Shown in pieces: positions 46,708 through 56,401 of a stretch of DNA of 64,000 bases (positions within the stretch are counted from its first letter, which is position 1; each line of letters starts with the position of its first letter). Under the pieces are notes generated by a model. It worked only from the letters and a program-made list of their open reading frames with translations, searched no databases and had not been told where the DNA came from. The position numbers and the translations under genes were made by a program. Origin of the DNA: an uncultured Planctomycetales bacterium (GTDB taxonomy: Bacteria; Planctomycetota; Phycisphaerae; UBA1845; PWPN01); contig CAZPIO010000002.1 of assembly GCA_964586235.1 (NCBI GenBank), positions 7,279 to 71,278 on the forward strand, written 5' to 3'.

Positions 46708-47532
46708 CTACCTTCGAGTGCCGATCTTCCACAGCTTCCAGCAGCCCAGCAGCCAAACCACCAGCCAGAAAACACCCACGATGGCCAGGAGCCAGCGTTC
46801 GGGACCGGTGGACGAGGATAATGAAGTCCCGCCCATGACGAAGTGCTTGGCCGGCAGATCGCTGACCAGATTGACGCCCGCTCTCTGCGCAAGAGTGGAA
46901 AGCTCGGCCGCTTCGAGTTTGACTTGCGCATTCTCGGGGTCGATGCCTGCGTCCGCCATCCAATCGAGGAACGTCTTGGTGTCAGGGCCGCCGTCGGCTT
47001 TGACCTCGCTTCCCGACTTCCTCCGATATGAATACCCATGGTTCGTCGCATCGACCGTCATCGGGCTGGGGCCAGCCTCCGCCGAGATGAGTGTGACGGT
47101 CAGGATGTTGGACATCCTCGTACTGCCCCGATCGGCCCGAACCTGGGTCAGGTGAATCTCGTCGTAGGCGTTCGAGTTTGGGCTGTTCAGGGTCCGTTGC
47201 GCCGTTATGGTGGTGGTTTGCGGGATTGCGTTAACGATCACGATGGTGGCCACGAAAGCCGCAACAGGCAATGCCAGCGTCCAGATCAGCACCAGGAGAA
47301 GCCCGCGCATTCTTGGCGACATGCCGGATTGCCCTGGCGTGACGATCCCCACTTCGCGCAGATCGGCCCCGCATTCCGGGCAAGTGAATGTCGGCAGTCC
47401 AAACACCGCGTAGCCACATTGTCCGCATGAGGGCTGGGAAACGCGCGGGCCTCGCTTCCGGGAGGCCAGGATGAACACGTTGATCGCGATCACCACGACG
47501 AGAACCAGCACCAGCAGGGAGCACGGCATCAT
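46708..47532 (-). CDS. hypothetical membrane protein with zinc-ribbon (CxxC...CxxC)
   Basis: ATGATG start after GGAGAT. Three TM segments. The cytoplasmic loop has CGQCGYAVFGLPTFTCPECG. Confidence 0.6.
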   Translation of the reverse strand: MMPCSLLVLVLVVVIAINVFILASRKRGPRVSQPSCGQCGYAVFGLPTFTCPECGADLREVGIVTPGQSGMSPRMRGLLLVLIWTLALPVAAFVATIVIVNAIPQTTTITAQRTLNSPNSNAYDEIHLTQVRADRGSTRMSNILTVTLISAEAGPSPMTVDATNHGYSYRRKSGSEVKADGGPDTKTFLDWMADAGIDPENAQVKLEAAELSTLAQRAGVNLVSDLPAKHFVMGGTSLSSSTGPERWLLAIVGVFWLVVWLLGCWKLWKIGTRR

Positions 47533-47553
47533 GCGGGATCTCCGGTTTCGCCT

Positions 47554-48969
47554 CTACGGCCGTGTCGCGGGCATATCGGGGGTCATTTTGCCCTTGTGTT
47601 TCCACAGGTGCTGCTTGAGGACCGGGAACAGCGTGAGGGCGTTGTCGCGCAGGATCTGACGGCCGATCTGCCGGGCCTGCTCCTCGCTGAGGTCGCCGGC
47701 GGCGATCTTTTCCACCAATACCTCGGCCAGGCACCGCCGGGTCGTCTCGGTCGATCCGTAGATGCCCTCGGCGTGGTTGGAGTCGGCACCCCACAGAATA
47801 TGGTCCGACGGCATGACTTCGAGCCACTCGTGGAAGGCCCGCTTGGCCATGGTGTAACTCAGCGTCGGCAGCCACACGGAATCGACCCAGACGTGCGAGG
47901 CGTGGCGCATGACAATCACGCCGGTCTCGCCGACCCAGGGGAAGCCGCCGTGGAATAGCACGAACTTCGTCTTGCGGTTGGCCTCGATGAGATCGACCAG
48001 GAGCATGGGGTTCGAGCCCTGGATGCGGGCCTGGCCGGTGTGGATCTGGATGGGCAGATCGTGCCGGGCGGCCGACTCGCAGATCCGCCACATGACGAAG
48101 TCCTCGAAATCGCGGATTTCCTCGGCTTTCAGCTCAGCTCGCGGCCGGCCGAACGCCCTGGCCGCCTGCTCCTTAGGGACGTTGCGGAACTCCAGCGTCC
48201 GGCTGTAGGCCAGGGTGTTTTTCAGACACGGGAGGCCGCGCTGCTTGGCGTCGGCAATGAGGCGATCCAGCAGCGCCACGTAATCATCGACCGACTCGAC
48301 GCGCAGTCCGCGCTCTTTCGCACACGCGTAGGGATTCGCAAAATCGCGGCCGTACTCGGAGGGATGGAAGCCGCGGAACAGGGAGTTCACGTTCATTGCC
48401 GTAAGCGCGAAGGGATAGTCGGAGCGCATTTCCAGCGGAGCCCAGTAGCGATCGACGATCATCAGTTCGATGTTGGCCCGCTCGGTGACCACCTGGTACA
48501 GCCATCGCGGATCGCGGTAGTTCTCGGCGATTCTGCTGTCGAGTTCGCGGGCCTGCTGGTCGGTGATGCGGTCGAAATCGACGCCATAGAGGTCCTGAAA
48601 GGCCGGCAGCAGGTAGCGGTAGAACGTTGTGGCGCGGGCATTGTCGAAGTTGCTCTTCGCCCTGCCCCACCAGTCGTCGAAGGGCATCTCGGGCGGGCGA
48701 GGGGTCAGCGGATTGAACCAGGGATAGTAGCTGTGCCTGAAAAGAGCGTGCAGGTTCATCGCCTCGCCGTCTGGGTTGGCCCCTGGTTTCGATTTCAGGC
48801 GATCGAACGGGCGGATGTGATCGTGCGTGTCGATCGCCGGAATGGCATCGAGGAACGATTTCATCTGCTGGTACGCCGGCGTCGTTCGCGTCGGCTGGGC
48901 GAACACCGGAACGCCCAGGGCGGCCCAGCAGAAGATACACAACAGGCGTGACGATGATCGGGTCTTCAT
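47554..48969 (-). CDS. secreted metal-dependent amidohydrolase-superfamily protein
   Basis: ATG after GGAGGAGCAT. Signal peptide LLCIFCWAALGVPVFAQP. Metal-binding motif AIDTHDHI, then IQIHTGQ and LFHGGFPW. Confidence 0.72.
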   Translation of the reverse strand: MKTRSSSRLLCIFCWAALGVPVFAQPTRTTPAYQQMKSFLDAIPAIDTHDHIRPFDRLKSKPGANPDGEAMNLHALFRHSYYPWFNPLTPRPPEMPFDDWWGRAKSNFDNARATTFYRYLLPAFQDLYGVDFDRITDQQARELDSRIAENYRDPRWLYQVVTERANIELMIVDRYWAPLEMRSDYPFALTAMNVNSLFRGFHPSEYGRDFANPYACAKERGLRVESVDDYVALLDRLIADAKQRGLPCLKNTLAYSRTLEFRNVPKEQAARAFGRPRAELKAEEIRDFEDFVMWRICESAARHDLPIQIHTGQARIQGSNPMLLVDLIEANRKTKFVLFHGGFPWVGETGVIVMRHASHVWVDSVWLPTLSYTMAKRAFHEWLEVMPSDHILWGADSNHAEGIYGSTETTRRCLAEVLVEKIAAGDLSEEQARQIGRQILRDNALTLFPVLKQHLWKHKGKMTPDMPATRP

Positions 48970-49008
48970 ATGCTCCTCCGGCGGGCCCGTGCGGCCCGTG
49001 CCTCCTTC

Positions 49009-50142
49009 TCAAAACAGCTTCGAGCGGTTGTACTGGCGAGGGGTCTGGTCCTCGCGGATGGACAGGATGGTGTCGTCGATCTTTTCGGTCAAGCTCCCGG
49101 CCGTGCGGTACATCGCCAGGATGTTTTCGATTGGCGTGCGCACCTGGATGGCGTGCGTCGGCCCCAGGAACAGCCCGCCTCTGGGGAACAGCCGCAGGCG
49201 CCGAAGCACTTCCTGCTCGACCTTCTGCGGCGTGCCGAAGGGCAGGGTGGTCTGCACGCACATCGTGCCGCAGAAGCTCAGGCGGTCGCCGTAGTGTTCC
49301 TGAAGATAGGCGATGTCCATCTCCGGCGTCGTCGGCTGGACGACGTCCTGGATGTCCAGGCCCAGTTCGATCAGCAGCGGCAGGAACTTCTCGACGCAGC
49401 CGCACATGTGCATCATGCTCCTGGCCCCGTAGCGATGGGCGATCTCGAACAGCCGCTTGTACTTGGGGGCGAAGTGCTTCTCGAACGTGGCCATGCTGAT
49501 CATCGGGCCAAGCTGCTGGCCGAGATCCTCGCCGCAGTGGGTGACGTCGATCAGCCCACCGGCCGCCTGGAGGGCCCGCTCGTGGATGCCGCAGTAGAAG
49601 TCGGCCCGGGCCTGCATGATTGCCAGGTAGGCCTCGTTGTCGGTGGCCAGGTCGAGCATGACCTGCTCCATGCCGCGGGCCCGCGAGATGCCGTTGATGA
49701 AATCCATGTCCCCGGCCGTGCCGAAGCACACGGCGAAGCCCTTTTCTCGTATTGCCAGGCACTGCTCGCGAATCGTCGAGTAGTCGAACCAGTCGGGCGA
49801 CGGGAAATGCGAGCGGTCGAGCTGATCGAGCGTCTCGACGCCAGCGAACGGCAGGTGCACGGCCTCCAGGTACTTACCGCCGTCGTATTCCTGGAAAGCG
49901 TATCGTTCTCCCCAGTAGCCCTCGGTGCTGCCGTCGGGGAAGGTGCGAAGCTCGGGCCCGCGGTAGATCGGCGCGACGTATCGGAAATCATCGCCGAGCA
50001 CCCGCAGCAGTTGCTCGTAATTCGACAAGCCGAAGTGCTTCATCAGCGTCGCGTTGACCTCGGGCGTGCCTTCGTGCTTGACCGGAATACGGTCGTAGCC
50101 GGTACGATTGAGCGAACTGAGCACTCGTTCGCGAGATGTCAC
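49009..50142 (-). CDS. uroporphyrinogen decarboxylase (URO-D) family protein
   Basis: I chose GTG at 50142, six nt after AGGAGG. The ORF-track start is a TTG inside that RBS. The N-terminal TSRERVLSSLNRTGYDRIPV is typical of non-HemE URO-D family members. Confidence 0.7.
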   Translation of the reverse strand: MTSRERVLSSLNRTGYDRIPVKHEGTPEVNATLMKHFGLSNYEQLLRVLGDDFRYVAPIYRGPELRTFPDGSTEGYWGERYAFQEYDGGKYLEAVHLPFAGVETLDQLDRSHFPSPDWFDYSTIREQCLAIREKGFAVCFGTAGDMDFINGISRARGMEQVMLDLATDNEAYLAIMQARADFYCGIHERALQAAGGLIDVTHCGEDLGQQLGPMISMATFEKHFAPKYKRLFEIAHRYGARSMMHMCGCVEKFLPLLIELGLDIQDVVQPTTPEMDIAYLQEHYGDRLSFCGTMCVQTTLPFGTPQKVEQEVLRRLRLFPRGGLFLGPTHAIQVRTPIENILAMYRTAGSLTEKIDDTILSIREDQTPRQYNRSKLF

Positions 50143-50223
50143 GGACGACCTCCTCAAGTGGTGCCGACGCCCTCGTCGGCACTTCTTTCTCGTCCAGACC
50201 CTGGGCCGACGGGGGCGTCGGCC

Positions 50224-51303
50224 CTACTGCGCTGCCACATCGCGGACGTCGGCCACGAAGGCGTCGACATCGTCGGGGGTGGTATCCCACGAGCACATCA
50301 GGCGGGCACCGCCGCAGCCGATGAAGGTGTAGAAATGCCAGCCGCGGGCGTGCAGGGCTTCGACCATGGCCGTCGGCATCTCCACGAAGACCGAGTTCGC
50401 CCGGCAGGGGAACATGCTCCGCACACCGGGTATGCCGCGAAGCCTTTCCTCGAGACGACGGGCACAATCATTGGCCCGGGCCGCGTATCGCAGCCAGGCA
50501 CCACCTTCCAGCAGCCCGATCCAGTGTGCGGCGAGGAACCGCATCTTGGATGCGAGCTGACCGGCCTGCTTGCACCGATAGTCAAACTCGTCGGCCAAGC
50601 TGCGATCGAAAAAGACCACCGCCTCGCCGATGCATCCGCCGTTCTTGGTGCCGCCCAGACACAGGACGTCGACCCCGACCTTCCAGGTGCTTTCCTTGGG
50701 GCTGACGGAGAGAGTTGCCAGGGCGTTGGCAAGTCTCGCGCCGTCCATGTGGATCTTCAGGCCGAGTCTGCGGGCCATGTCGCCGAGCACGCGGAGTTCC
50801 TCGACCGAGTAGACGGTGCCCAGTTCGGTCGCCTGGGTGATGCTGAGTGCGTGCGGTTTGGGGTAGTGGATGTCGCTGCGGCGGCTCACGGTGCGTTCGA
50901 CGGCCGCGGGATCAAGCTTGCCATCCGGCCCGGGGACGTGCAGAACCTTGCTTCCGCTCGAAAAGAACTCGGGCGCGCCGCACTCGTCGGTCTCGACATG
51001 GGCCATCTCGTGGCAGATGACGCTGTGGTAGGGCTTGCACAGGGTGGCGATGCTCAGCGAGTTGGCGGCCGTGCCGTTGAACACGAAGAAGACCTCGCAG
51101 TCGGTCTCGAACACCTCGCGGATCAGGTCGCACGCCCTCTGCGTCCACGCGTCGTCGCCGTATGACAGGGCGTGGCCGTGATTGGCGGCGGCCATGGCTT
51201 CCCAGGCTTCCGGGCACACGGCGGCGTAGTTGTCGCTGGCAAACTGCCGGCGCGGCAGGGGTGCCGGACTATCGGTCCGAATGTTCTCTTCGCGCTTGGG
51301 CAT
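50224..51303 (-). CDS. low-specificity threonine aldolase / beta-eliminating lyase family (PLP-dependent)
   Basis: I chose ATG at 51303. Motifs: FASDNY, FNGTAANSL, IHMDGARLANA, and GGTKNG as the PLP-lysine context. Confidence 0.8.
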   Translation of the reverse strand: MPKREENIRTDSPAPLPRRQFASDNYAAVCPEAWEAMAAANHGHALSYGDDAWTQRACDLIREVFETDCEVFFVFNGTAANSLSIATLCKPYHSVICHEMAHVETDECGAPEFFSSGSKVLHVPGPDGKLDPAAVERTVSRRSDIHYPKPHALSITQATELGTVYSVEELRVLGDMARRLGLKIHMDGARLANALATLSVSPKESTWKVGVDVLCLGGTKNGGCIGEAVVFFDRSLADEFDYRCKQAGQLASKMRFLAAHWIGLLEGGAWLRYAARANDCARRLEERLRGIPGVRSMFPCRANSVFVEMPTAMVEALHARGWHFYTFIGCGGARLMCSWDTTPDDVDAFVADVRDVAAQ

Positions 51304-51365
51304 AGGCTCTGGTCTCCCGTTCAATTGCCCTGTTTGGCCGACCTCACCGGGCGCTGAACGACTGG

Positions 51366-52850
51366 CTACTTCTTCCTGGCAGCCGGTTGGGTCGCCGCGG
51401 GCCACACGGGGCACTCGGCCTGAACCTGGCCGAACAGTGAGCGGAGCCTGCCGGCCATGGCTTGCACCCGCTGCGGTTGATCGGCGGCCAGGTCGCGCTT
51501 CTCGCCGATATCCTCGCGCAGGTTGTACAACTCGAAATCAATGAGCCTGGCGCCCTTGATGGCCCGCACGGCCTCCGGACTCGCGATGGCGTTGGATATC
51601 TCGCGGACATCCCAGTGGGCGACGAGCTTCCAATCGCCCTCGCGGATCGCGGCCTTGGGCTTGCCCAGAGCCGCATAATAGAACCAGAACAGCGGCGTCT
51701 TTCGCTGCACCGGACGGCCGTCGAAAATCGGGAGAATGCTGGTCCCGTCGATCGGCCGATCGCGCGGCGGCTCGATGCCGGCGATGGCACAGAACGTCGG
51801 CAGCAGATCGACATTGCTGACGGGCTCGTCGACCACCTGCCCCGGGCGAGTGTGGCCCGGCCAGCGGATGATGCCCGGCACGCGGATACCGCCATCGTAG
51901 ATGTGCAGCTTCATGCCTCGCAGCGGCCCGGGCGAACCATGGGAGTGCACGGCGCTTGGGTAGCGATCCAATGTCTCCGGGCCGTTGTCGGAGGTGAAGA
52001 CCACGAACGTCCGCCGGGCCTCACCCAATTCGTCGAGCGTGTCCAGCAGACGTTTCACAGCCAGGTCGACATTCGTGACATTGGCAAAGTAGGCAGCCTG
52101 GGTGGGATTCTTCGCCTGCGGGTACTTGGCGATCAGCTCCGCCGGCGAGGCGACCGGCTCATGGGTTTCGTGGAAGCACACGAATGCGAAGAACGGCTTA
52201 TTCGACGGCCGACCGGTCCGCAGCCAGCGGATGGCCTCGTCGCTGACGACCTGGCAGGAATAACCCTCGGTGGGCCCCACGGGTTGGCCGTTGCGAACGA
52301 AGTTGGCCGGGTTCTGGTGGCTGGGGCCGGCATTGTTCTGGGTGCTGAACCAGTAGTCGAAGCCGTGGTCGTTCGGCTGGGGCTGCTTCGGCGAGTTGAA
52401 CTGCCCGTTGCAGTGCCATTTGCCGAACTGGCCGGTGGCGTAGCCGGCCTGCTGCAGCAAACGGGCGATGGTCACTTCGTTGCGGCCCAGGTGCATGGGA
52501 TGCTTGCCGGGGATCCAGTCGTAAACGCCGAATCGGTTCGGATTGCGCCCGGTGAGCAGTCCACATCGGCTGGGAGAGCAGACCGGCGCGGCCGAGTAGC
52601 AGGCCGTCAGCCTCATCCCCTGAGCGGCCAGCGTGTCGAGGTTGGGCGTCTGGATCATCGGGTGCCCGTAGCAGGCCAGGTCGCCGTAGCCGAGATCGTC
52701 GCAGAGGATGACCAGGAAGTTCGTTTTTCCGGGCGCATCGCGGCCGGCAGTCGCCGCCGGGGGCTGGGCGTGCAACGTCGAGGCAGCGGTTGACAAAACG
52801 AGTACAGCGACGAACAGCAGTTGAGCACGCATCGCTATCAAGAGGGGCAT
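51366..52850 (-). CDS. arylsulfatase (Cys-type, formylglycine-dependent)
   Basis: I chose ATG at 52850 after AAGGAG. Signal peptide. Motifs: LCDDLGYGD and CSPSRCGLLTGR (the CxPxR signature). Confidence 0.9.
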   Translation of the reverse strand: MPLLIAMRAQLLFVAVLVLSTAASTLHAQPPAATAGRDAPGKTNFLVILCDDLGYGDLACYGHPMIQTPNLDTLAAQGMRLTACYSAAPVCSPSRCGLLTGRNPNRFGVYDWIPGKHPMHLGRNEVTIARLLQQAGYATGQFGKWHCNGQFNSPKQPQPNDHGFDYWFSTQNNAGPSHQNPANFVRNGQPVGPTEGYSCQVVSDEAIRWLRTGRPSNKPFFAFVCFHETHEPVASPAELIAKYPQAKNPTQAAYFANVTNVDLAVKRLLDTLDELGEARRTFVVFTSDNGPETLDRYPSAVHSHGSPGPLRGMKLHIYDGGIRVPGIIRWPGHTRPGQVVDEPVSNVDLLPTFCAIAGIEPPRDRPIDGTSILPIFDGRPVQRKTPLFWFYYAALGKPKAAIREGDWKLVAHWDVREISNAIASPEAVRAIKGARLIDFELYNLREDIGEKRDLAADQPQRVQAMAGRLRSLFGQVQAECPVWPAATQPAARKK

Positions 52851-52989
52851 TGTTTGAGGGCTCCTTTTTGTTCCGCGACGGGCGCGGCACGGCCATTCTG
52901 ACCTTTGTGAAGGTGTCAGCTTAGACCTCGCCTCCGGTTGGAGCAAGCCGGGTCAGATCGCCCGAGCCGCCTCTCTTTGTCAGACCCCT

Positions 52990-53190
52990 CTCATTTCGGC
53001 GCCAATGAGGATGGGAATCCTCGACGCGTGAGGCCCCAGAAGGGATTCTGGGGCCAGCGGAGCAGACATGGCGGCGTCCGCCGTGGCGGTTCGCAACAGA
53101 CATGGCGGCGCTCGCCACGTCGGGCTTGGCCATGTCGCCCGTCGCACGCGCGCGACCGGCAGGCCGGGCGGCACGGCCTGCCGGTCGCGG
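52990..53190 (+). repeat. mosaic hairpin-repeat array Z
   Basis: gaggat-ggga-atcctc lies at 53007-53022 and ggccccagaa-ggga-ttctggggcc at 53032-53055. Two cagacatggcggcg units follow. A perfect 15-bp stem, cgcgaccggcaggcc/ggcctgccggtcgcg, lies at 53151-53189. Confidence 0.8.
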
Positions 53191-53236
53191 GGCTGGTTGA
53201 ACGTCGCGACGTCCTGACGACGAGATCACCAGCCGA

Positions 53237-54196
53237 TCACGGATAGATCAGCACGTCCGTGTGCTCCGCAGGCACCAGGGACATCGCCGACGTTGAAGGC
53301 CGCCTGCCCCAGTAGCGCGAGGCGTAATCGGGCTGGGTGCCCTTCATGTCCCAGGCAGTGTAGATGTTGTCCATGCCCGGCCCGACGATGGGCTTGCCGA
53401 GAAACTCGACATGGCTGTCGACGAACAGCACGTTCTGCCCCTCGCCGGTGCCCACTCCGCCGTGACTGTTCGAGTTGTAGGGCATCCACTCGTCCGGGGA
53501 AGCCCTCAACGGGTCCAGCGTGGGCGGCGGGGCGGTCAACTGCGGGTTGCCGAGCGAGATGCCGCCGTATGGCCCCTTGTCGGCGGCCGCGGCCATCCGC
53601 GGGTCGCTGTCGATCGTGGGCCTGCCCCTCGCGCCATAGACGACCTGCATGCCGTAGCTGATGCAGCCCTCGTTGTTGGCCCCCGCGGTCCAGCCTCGAT
53701 CGGGGCTGGTGGGCAAGGCATTGGGATTGGCGGCGAAATCGAAGTAATCCCCAGGGTTGTCGATCAGATCCGCGCTGTCGCCGCTCGACGGGCAGATGAA
53801 CGACTTGGGCGAGGCGCCGGCGATCTTCGCGACAGCCCACATGTTGCGGCTGGTGGACAACTGCCGCCAGTAGTTGCCCGGCGGGTTGACGGCCGAGTTG
53901 TGCGGATCCATGCCCACGCCGCCGTACTTGCCGGTCATGTTGTAGTACTCCACGGCGACGGCCGGCGAATTCATCGTGGAGTTCGGAGCGGTGGCGGGCA
54001 AGGAGCCGTCGTTCTCGACCGCGTAGGCGTAGAACGCCTTGCCGATGCCGCTCAGGTTGGCGGCACAGGCCGCGCGCCGGGCCAGTTCGCGGGCCCGGGC
54101 AATGGCCGGCAGCAGGATCGAAATCAGCAGAGCGATAATCGACACCACCACCAGCAACTCGATGAGAGTGAAACCCGATCTGTTCTTGCGCCTCAT
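53237..54196 (-). CDS. prepilin-type N-terminal cleavage/methylation domain protein (DUF1559 family)
   Basis: I chose ATG at 54196 after AGGAGG. Motifs: [26 protein letters not shown] and the C-terminal [12 protein letters not shown]. Confidence 0.9.
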   Translation of the reverse strand: MRRKNRSGFTLIELLVVVSIIALLISILLPAIARARELARRAACAANLSGIGKAFYAYAVENDGSLPATAPNSTMNSPAVAVEYYNMTGKYGGVGMDPHNSAVNPPGNYWRQLSTSRNMWAVAKIAGASPKSFICPSSGDSADLIDNPGDYFDFAANPNALPTSPDRGWTAGANNEGCISYGMQVVYGARGRPTIDSDPRMAAAADKGPYGGISLGNPQLTAPPPTLDPLRASPDEWMPYNSNSHGGVGTGEGQNVLFVDSHVEFLGKPIVGPGMDNIYTAWDMKGTQPDYASRYWGRRPSTSAMSLVPAEHTDVLIYP

Positions 54197-54866
54197 GATG
54201 ACACCTCCTGGTGCTTCTGCACCTGTTGCTCGCGCGTTCGACTCGCGAGGTGGATCATGAAGGCGGCCGCAAGTCGGCGGGGTACGAACGGGTATGACCA
54301 GAATGAGAGCAGGCCTCACGGACGTCACCGTCTACGGGGCCGATGGCCTCCGCCGCTTCGGGCCGATCCGCATAGTCCTCCGAGCAAGCCTCCAGCGCCG
54401 CCGCCGGCCGAGGCACCGGACCGACGGCCGAAACCCGATCAGACTCGCGATCGGACCGGCGACACTCGCCGGCCGTCGCACGCTCGAGGTCGATCCGCAG
54501 GCGCGATCCATCCGCGCACGGGAACGGTCGCAGCCCGCGGCCGATTGTCTCCGCTGGACTTATGCTCGCTCGCTGACCGGGCGGAGACGGCAGGACCCTC
54601 GCGGGCCTGTTCAGCCTCGCCCTCAAACCTGGTTGGCTACGGATCGGTGTGAAAGACTCGCCTGGAGGTCGGATGTATGGATGATGGCGTTATATCCAAG
54701 CGTGACGATGCGGCAGGCACGGATCAAAACCGCAGTCAGCAGTGGCCTTTGCCGCTGCCCCTGTCGCCTCGTTGCGGCATCCGCAGCCACCCTATTGATT
54801 CAATGCCCCGAAGGCACGCCGAGTCAACTGGTGAAAAAGGGAAAATGTGCGCCCAAACCCGAATGT

Positions 54867-54970
54867 CGAAGTCCGAATGACGAAAGAAATCCGAAATCCG
54901 AATGAGAACCGCCGGCGATCCCCCTTTTTTCATTTGGCCATTTCGTCATTCTTTCGTCATTCGGACTTCG
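54867..54970. repeat. 104-nt palindromic element with 22-bp terminal inverted repeats (MITE-like), built from cgaatgacgaa-type words
   Basis: 54867-54888 (cgaagtccgaatgacgaaagaa) is the exact reverse complement of 54949-54970. The 60-nt spacer is partly self-complementary. Confidence 0.75.
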
Positions 54971-55040
54971 TCATTCGTCAGTCCCGCGCTCCTTCTGTCG
55001 CAGTCGGGGCTGACGGCTGACCGCTGATCGCTCATCCGCT

Positions 55041-55077
55041 CAAAACAGGAGAGGCACCCTTTACGGGGGTGCCTCTC
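55041..55077 (-). terminator. putative intrinsic terminator downstream of the recombinase gene
   Basis: The minus strand reads an 11-bp stem (gagaggcaccc/gggtgcctctc, 55049-55059 and 55067-55077). It is followed by CTGTTTTGAG. Confidence 0.55.
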
Positions 55078-55127
55078 GGTCGAAGCTGTCGTCGGATCTC
55101 AAACGCAGTACGGATACGGATCGCCGC

Positions 55128-56114
55128 TCACGCCCTGGGGTGAGCGCTGTCGTAAGCCTGTTTCATTCGGTTCGTGGTCACGTGGGTGTAGATCTGGGTG
55201 GTGGACAGGGACTGGTGACCGAGCAGTTCCTGGACCGCACGGAGGTCGGCCCCGCGATTGAGCATATGGGTCGCGAAGCTGTGACGCAGCGTGTGCGGGC
55301 TGATCGCCGGGTCGAGCCCGCAGATGGACAGGTACTTGTCAAGTTTCCGGCGGACACTCCGCGTGCTGAGGCGCTGGCCGTGCTTGTTCACGAACACCGC
55401 CTTCTGGTCGAAGTTCGACGCGCGCGGGTCGGCACGTCGCATGTCCATGTAGTGCTTGATCCAGGCCAGGGCGGTCGGCGAGATCGGCGTCAGCCGCTCT
55501 TTCTTGCCCTTGCCGTGGATGTGCAGGCACTCGCTGGCGGTGTCAATATCCTCGATGTTGAGGTCGACCAACTCACTCACCCGAACACCGGTTGAGTACA
55601 TCGTCTCCAGCATCGCTCGGTCGCGGGCGCCGAGCAGACCGGCCGGATCGGGCGTTTCGAGCAGTTTGCGGACCTCAGCCTCTTCGAGGAACTTCGGCAG
55701 GCGCTTCTCCTGCTTCGGTGTCCGGATGGCGGCCAGCGGGTTGGCCGGCACGTATCCGCGCTTCACGCAGAACTTGTAGAAGCTTCGCAGGGTGGCGAGC
55801 TTGCGCGCGGTCGTGCTCTTGGAGTACTCCCGGTCGGTCAGGAAGGACAGGAACCTCCGGACGTCGTCGGTCTGGACGCCTCTGAGCATCTCCCGGGCGT
55901 CCGTCTGTGTCACGGGGGGAGAGGCGACGGCGGTAGCCGCGCCAGGCTGGCTGAAGCCGCCGGGCGTGGACGTTGCGGGGCCCTCCGCCGGGCCGCCGAG
56001 GAACTCCACGAACTGATGCAGATCAGCCGCGTAGCACTTGGCGGTGTGCGGAGAGAAATGCCTCTCGAAACGGAGGTAGTTCAGGAACTCATCGATCAAT
56101 GTCATTTGGCTCAT
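55128..56114 (-). CDS. tyrosine site-specific recombinase, XerC/XerD family
   Basis: The N-terminal SAM-like domain has LIDEFLNYLRFERHFSPHTAKCYAADL. The catalytic region has HTLRHSFATHML and LGHQSLSTTQIYTHV. The start is ATG at 56114 or 56105. Confidence 0.85.
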   Translation of the reverse strand: MSQMTLIDEFLNYLRFERHFSPHTAKCYAADLHQFVEFLGGPAEGPATSTPGGFSQPGAATAVASPPVTQTDAREMLRGVQTDDVRRFLSFLTDREYSKSTTARKLATLRSFYKFCVKRGYVPANPLAAIRTPKQEKRLPKFLEEAEVRKLLETPDPAGLLGARDRAMLETMYSTGVRVSELVDLNIEDIDTASECLHIHGKGKKERLTPISPTALAWIKHYMDMRRADPRASNFDQKAVFVNKHGQRLSTRSVRRKLDKYLSICGLDPAISPHTLRHSFATHMLNRGADLRAVQELLGHQSLSTTQIYTHVTTNRMKQAYDSAHPRA

Positions 56115-56194
56115 AGCGTCTGGCACCGGCGGCGATTCTCTGTGTCTGTCAACCTGGCTCTGTGGCGGGTTCGCTTGCATCCGAACCAGCGACC

Positions 56195-56401
56195 TCAAGC
56201 CGGCGTCTTCTCGAGATCCATCTCGAGTCTTCGACCCATCTGGTAACTGAGAACGGCAGCGTCGAACCAGTCGAAATCGTGCTCCGGGTCGGCGGCCATC
56301 GAGGCGAAGACCGCGATGATCGAGGCCTCGTCTCCGGCCGTGTACCGGAACACATACCGGTGGCTCCCCTTCACTAATGAAAGCTGCCGAACATGGTTCA
56401 T
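56195..56401 (-). CDS. small hypothetical protein (68 aa)
   Basis: ATG at 56401 forms an ATGA overlap with the stop of the upstream lipoprotein gene. Only the last 68 codons of ORF 56195..56827 look coding. Confidence 0.4.
   Translation of the reverse strand: MNHVRQLSLVKGSHRYVFRYTAGDEASIIAVFASMAADPEHDFDWFDAAVLSYQMGRRLEMDLEKTPA

Noticed and set aside
48970-51165. 731-aa plus-strand ORF, the longest unexplained ORF in the track
   Set aside because: It runs antisense across two genes with clear motifs (the URO-D family protein and threonine aldolase). Its product is Arg/Gly/Ala/Val/Asp-rich with no motif. Long shadow ORFs like this are expected in GC-rich DNA because stop codons are rare on the antisense strand.
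54255-54626. 123-aa minus-strand ORF upstream of the DUF1559 gene
   Set aside because: It has a TTG start and no RBS. Its product is highly charged and Arg/Asp/Ala-rich with no motif. It overlaps an equally implausible plus-strand ORF. I treat it as non-coding.
55128-56114. Tyrosine recombinase considered as an integrase marking a mobile island
   Set aside because: The sequence and size fit the housekeeping XerC/XerD type. No flanking tRNA, att-like direct repeats spanning a gene block, phage genes or transposon genes were found. The nearby palindrome is reported separately as an open question.
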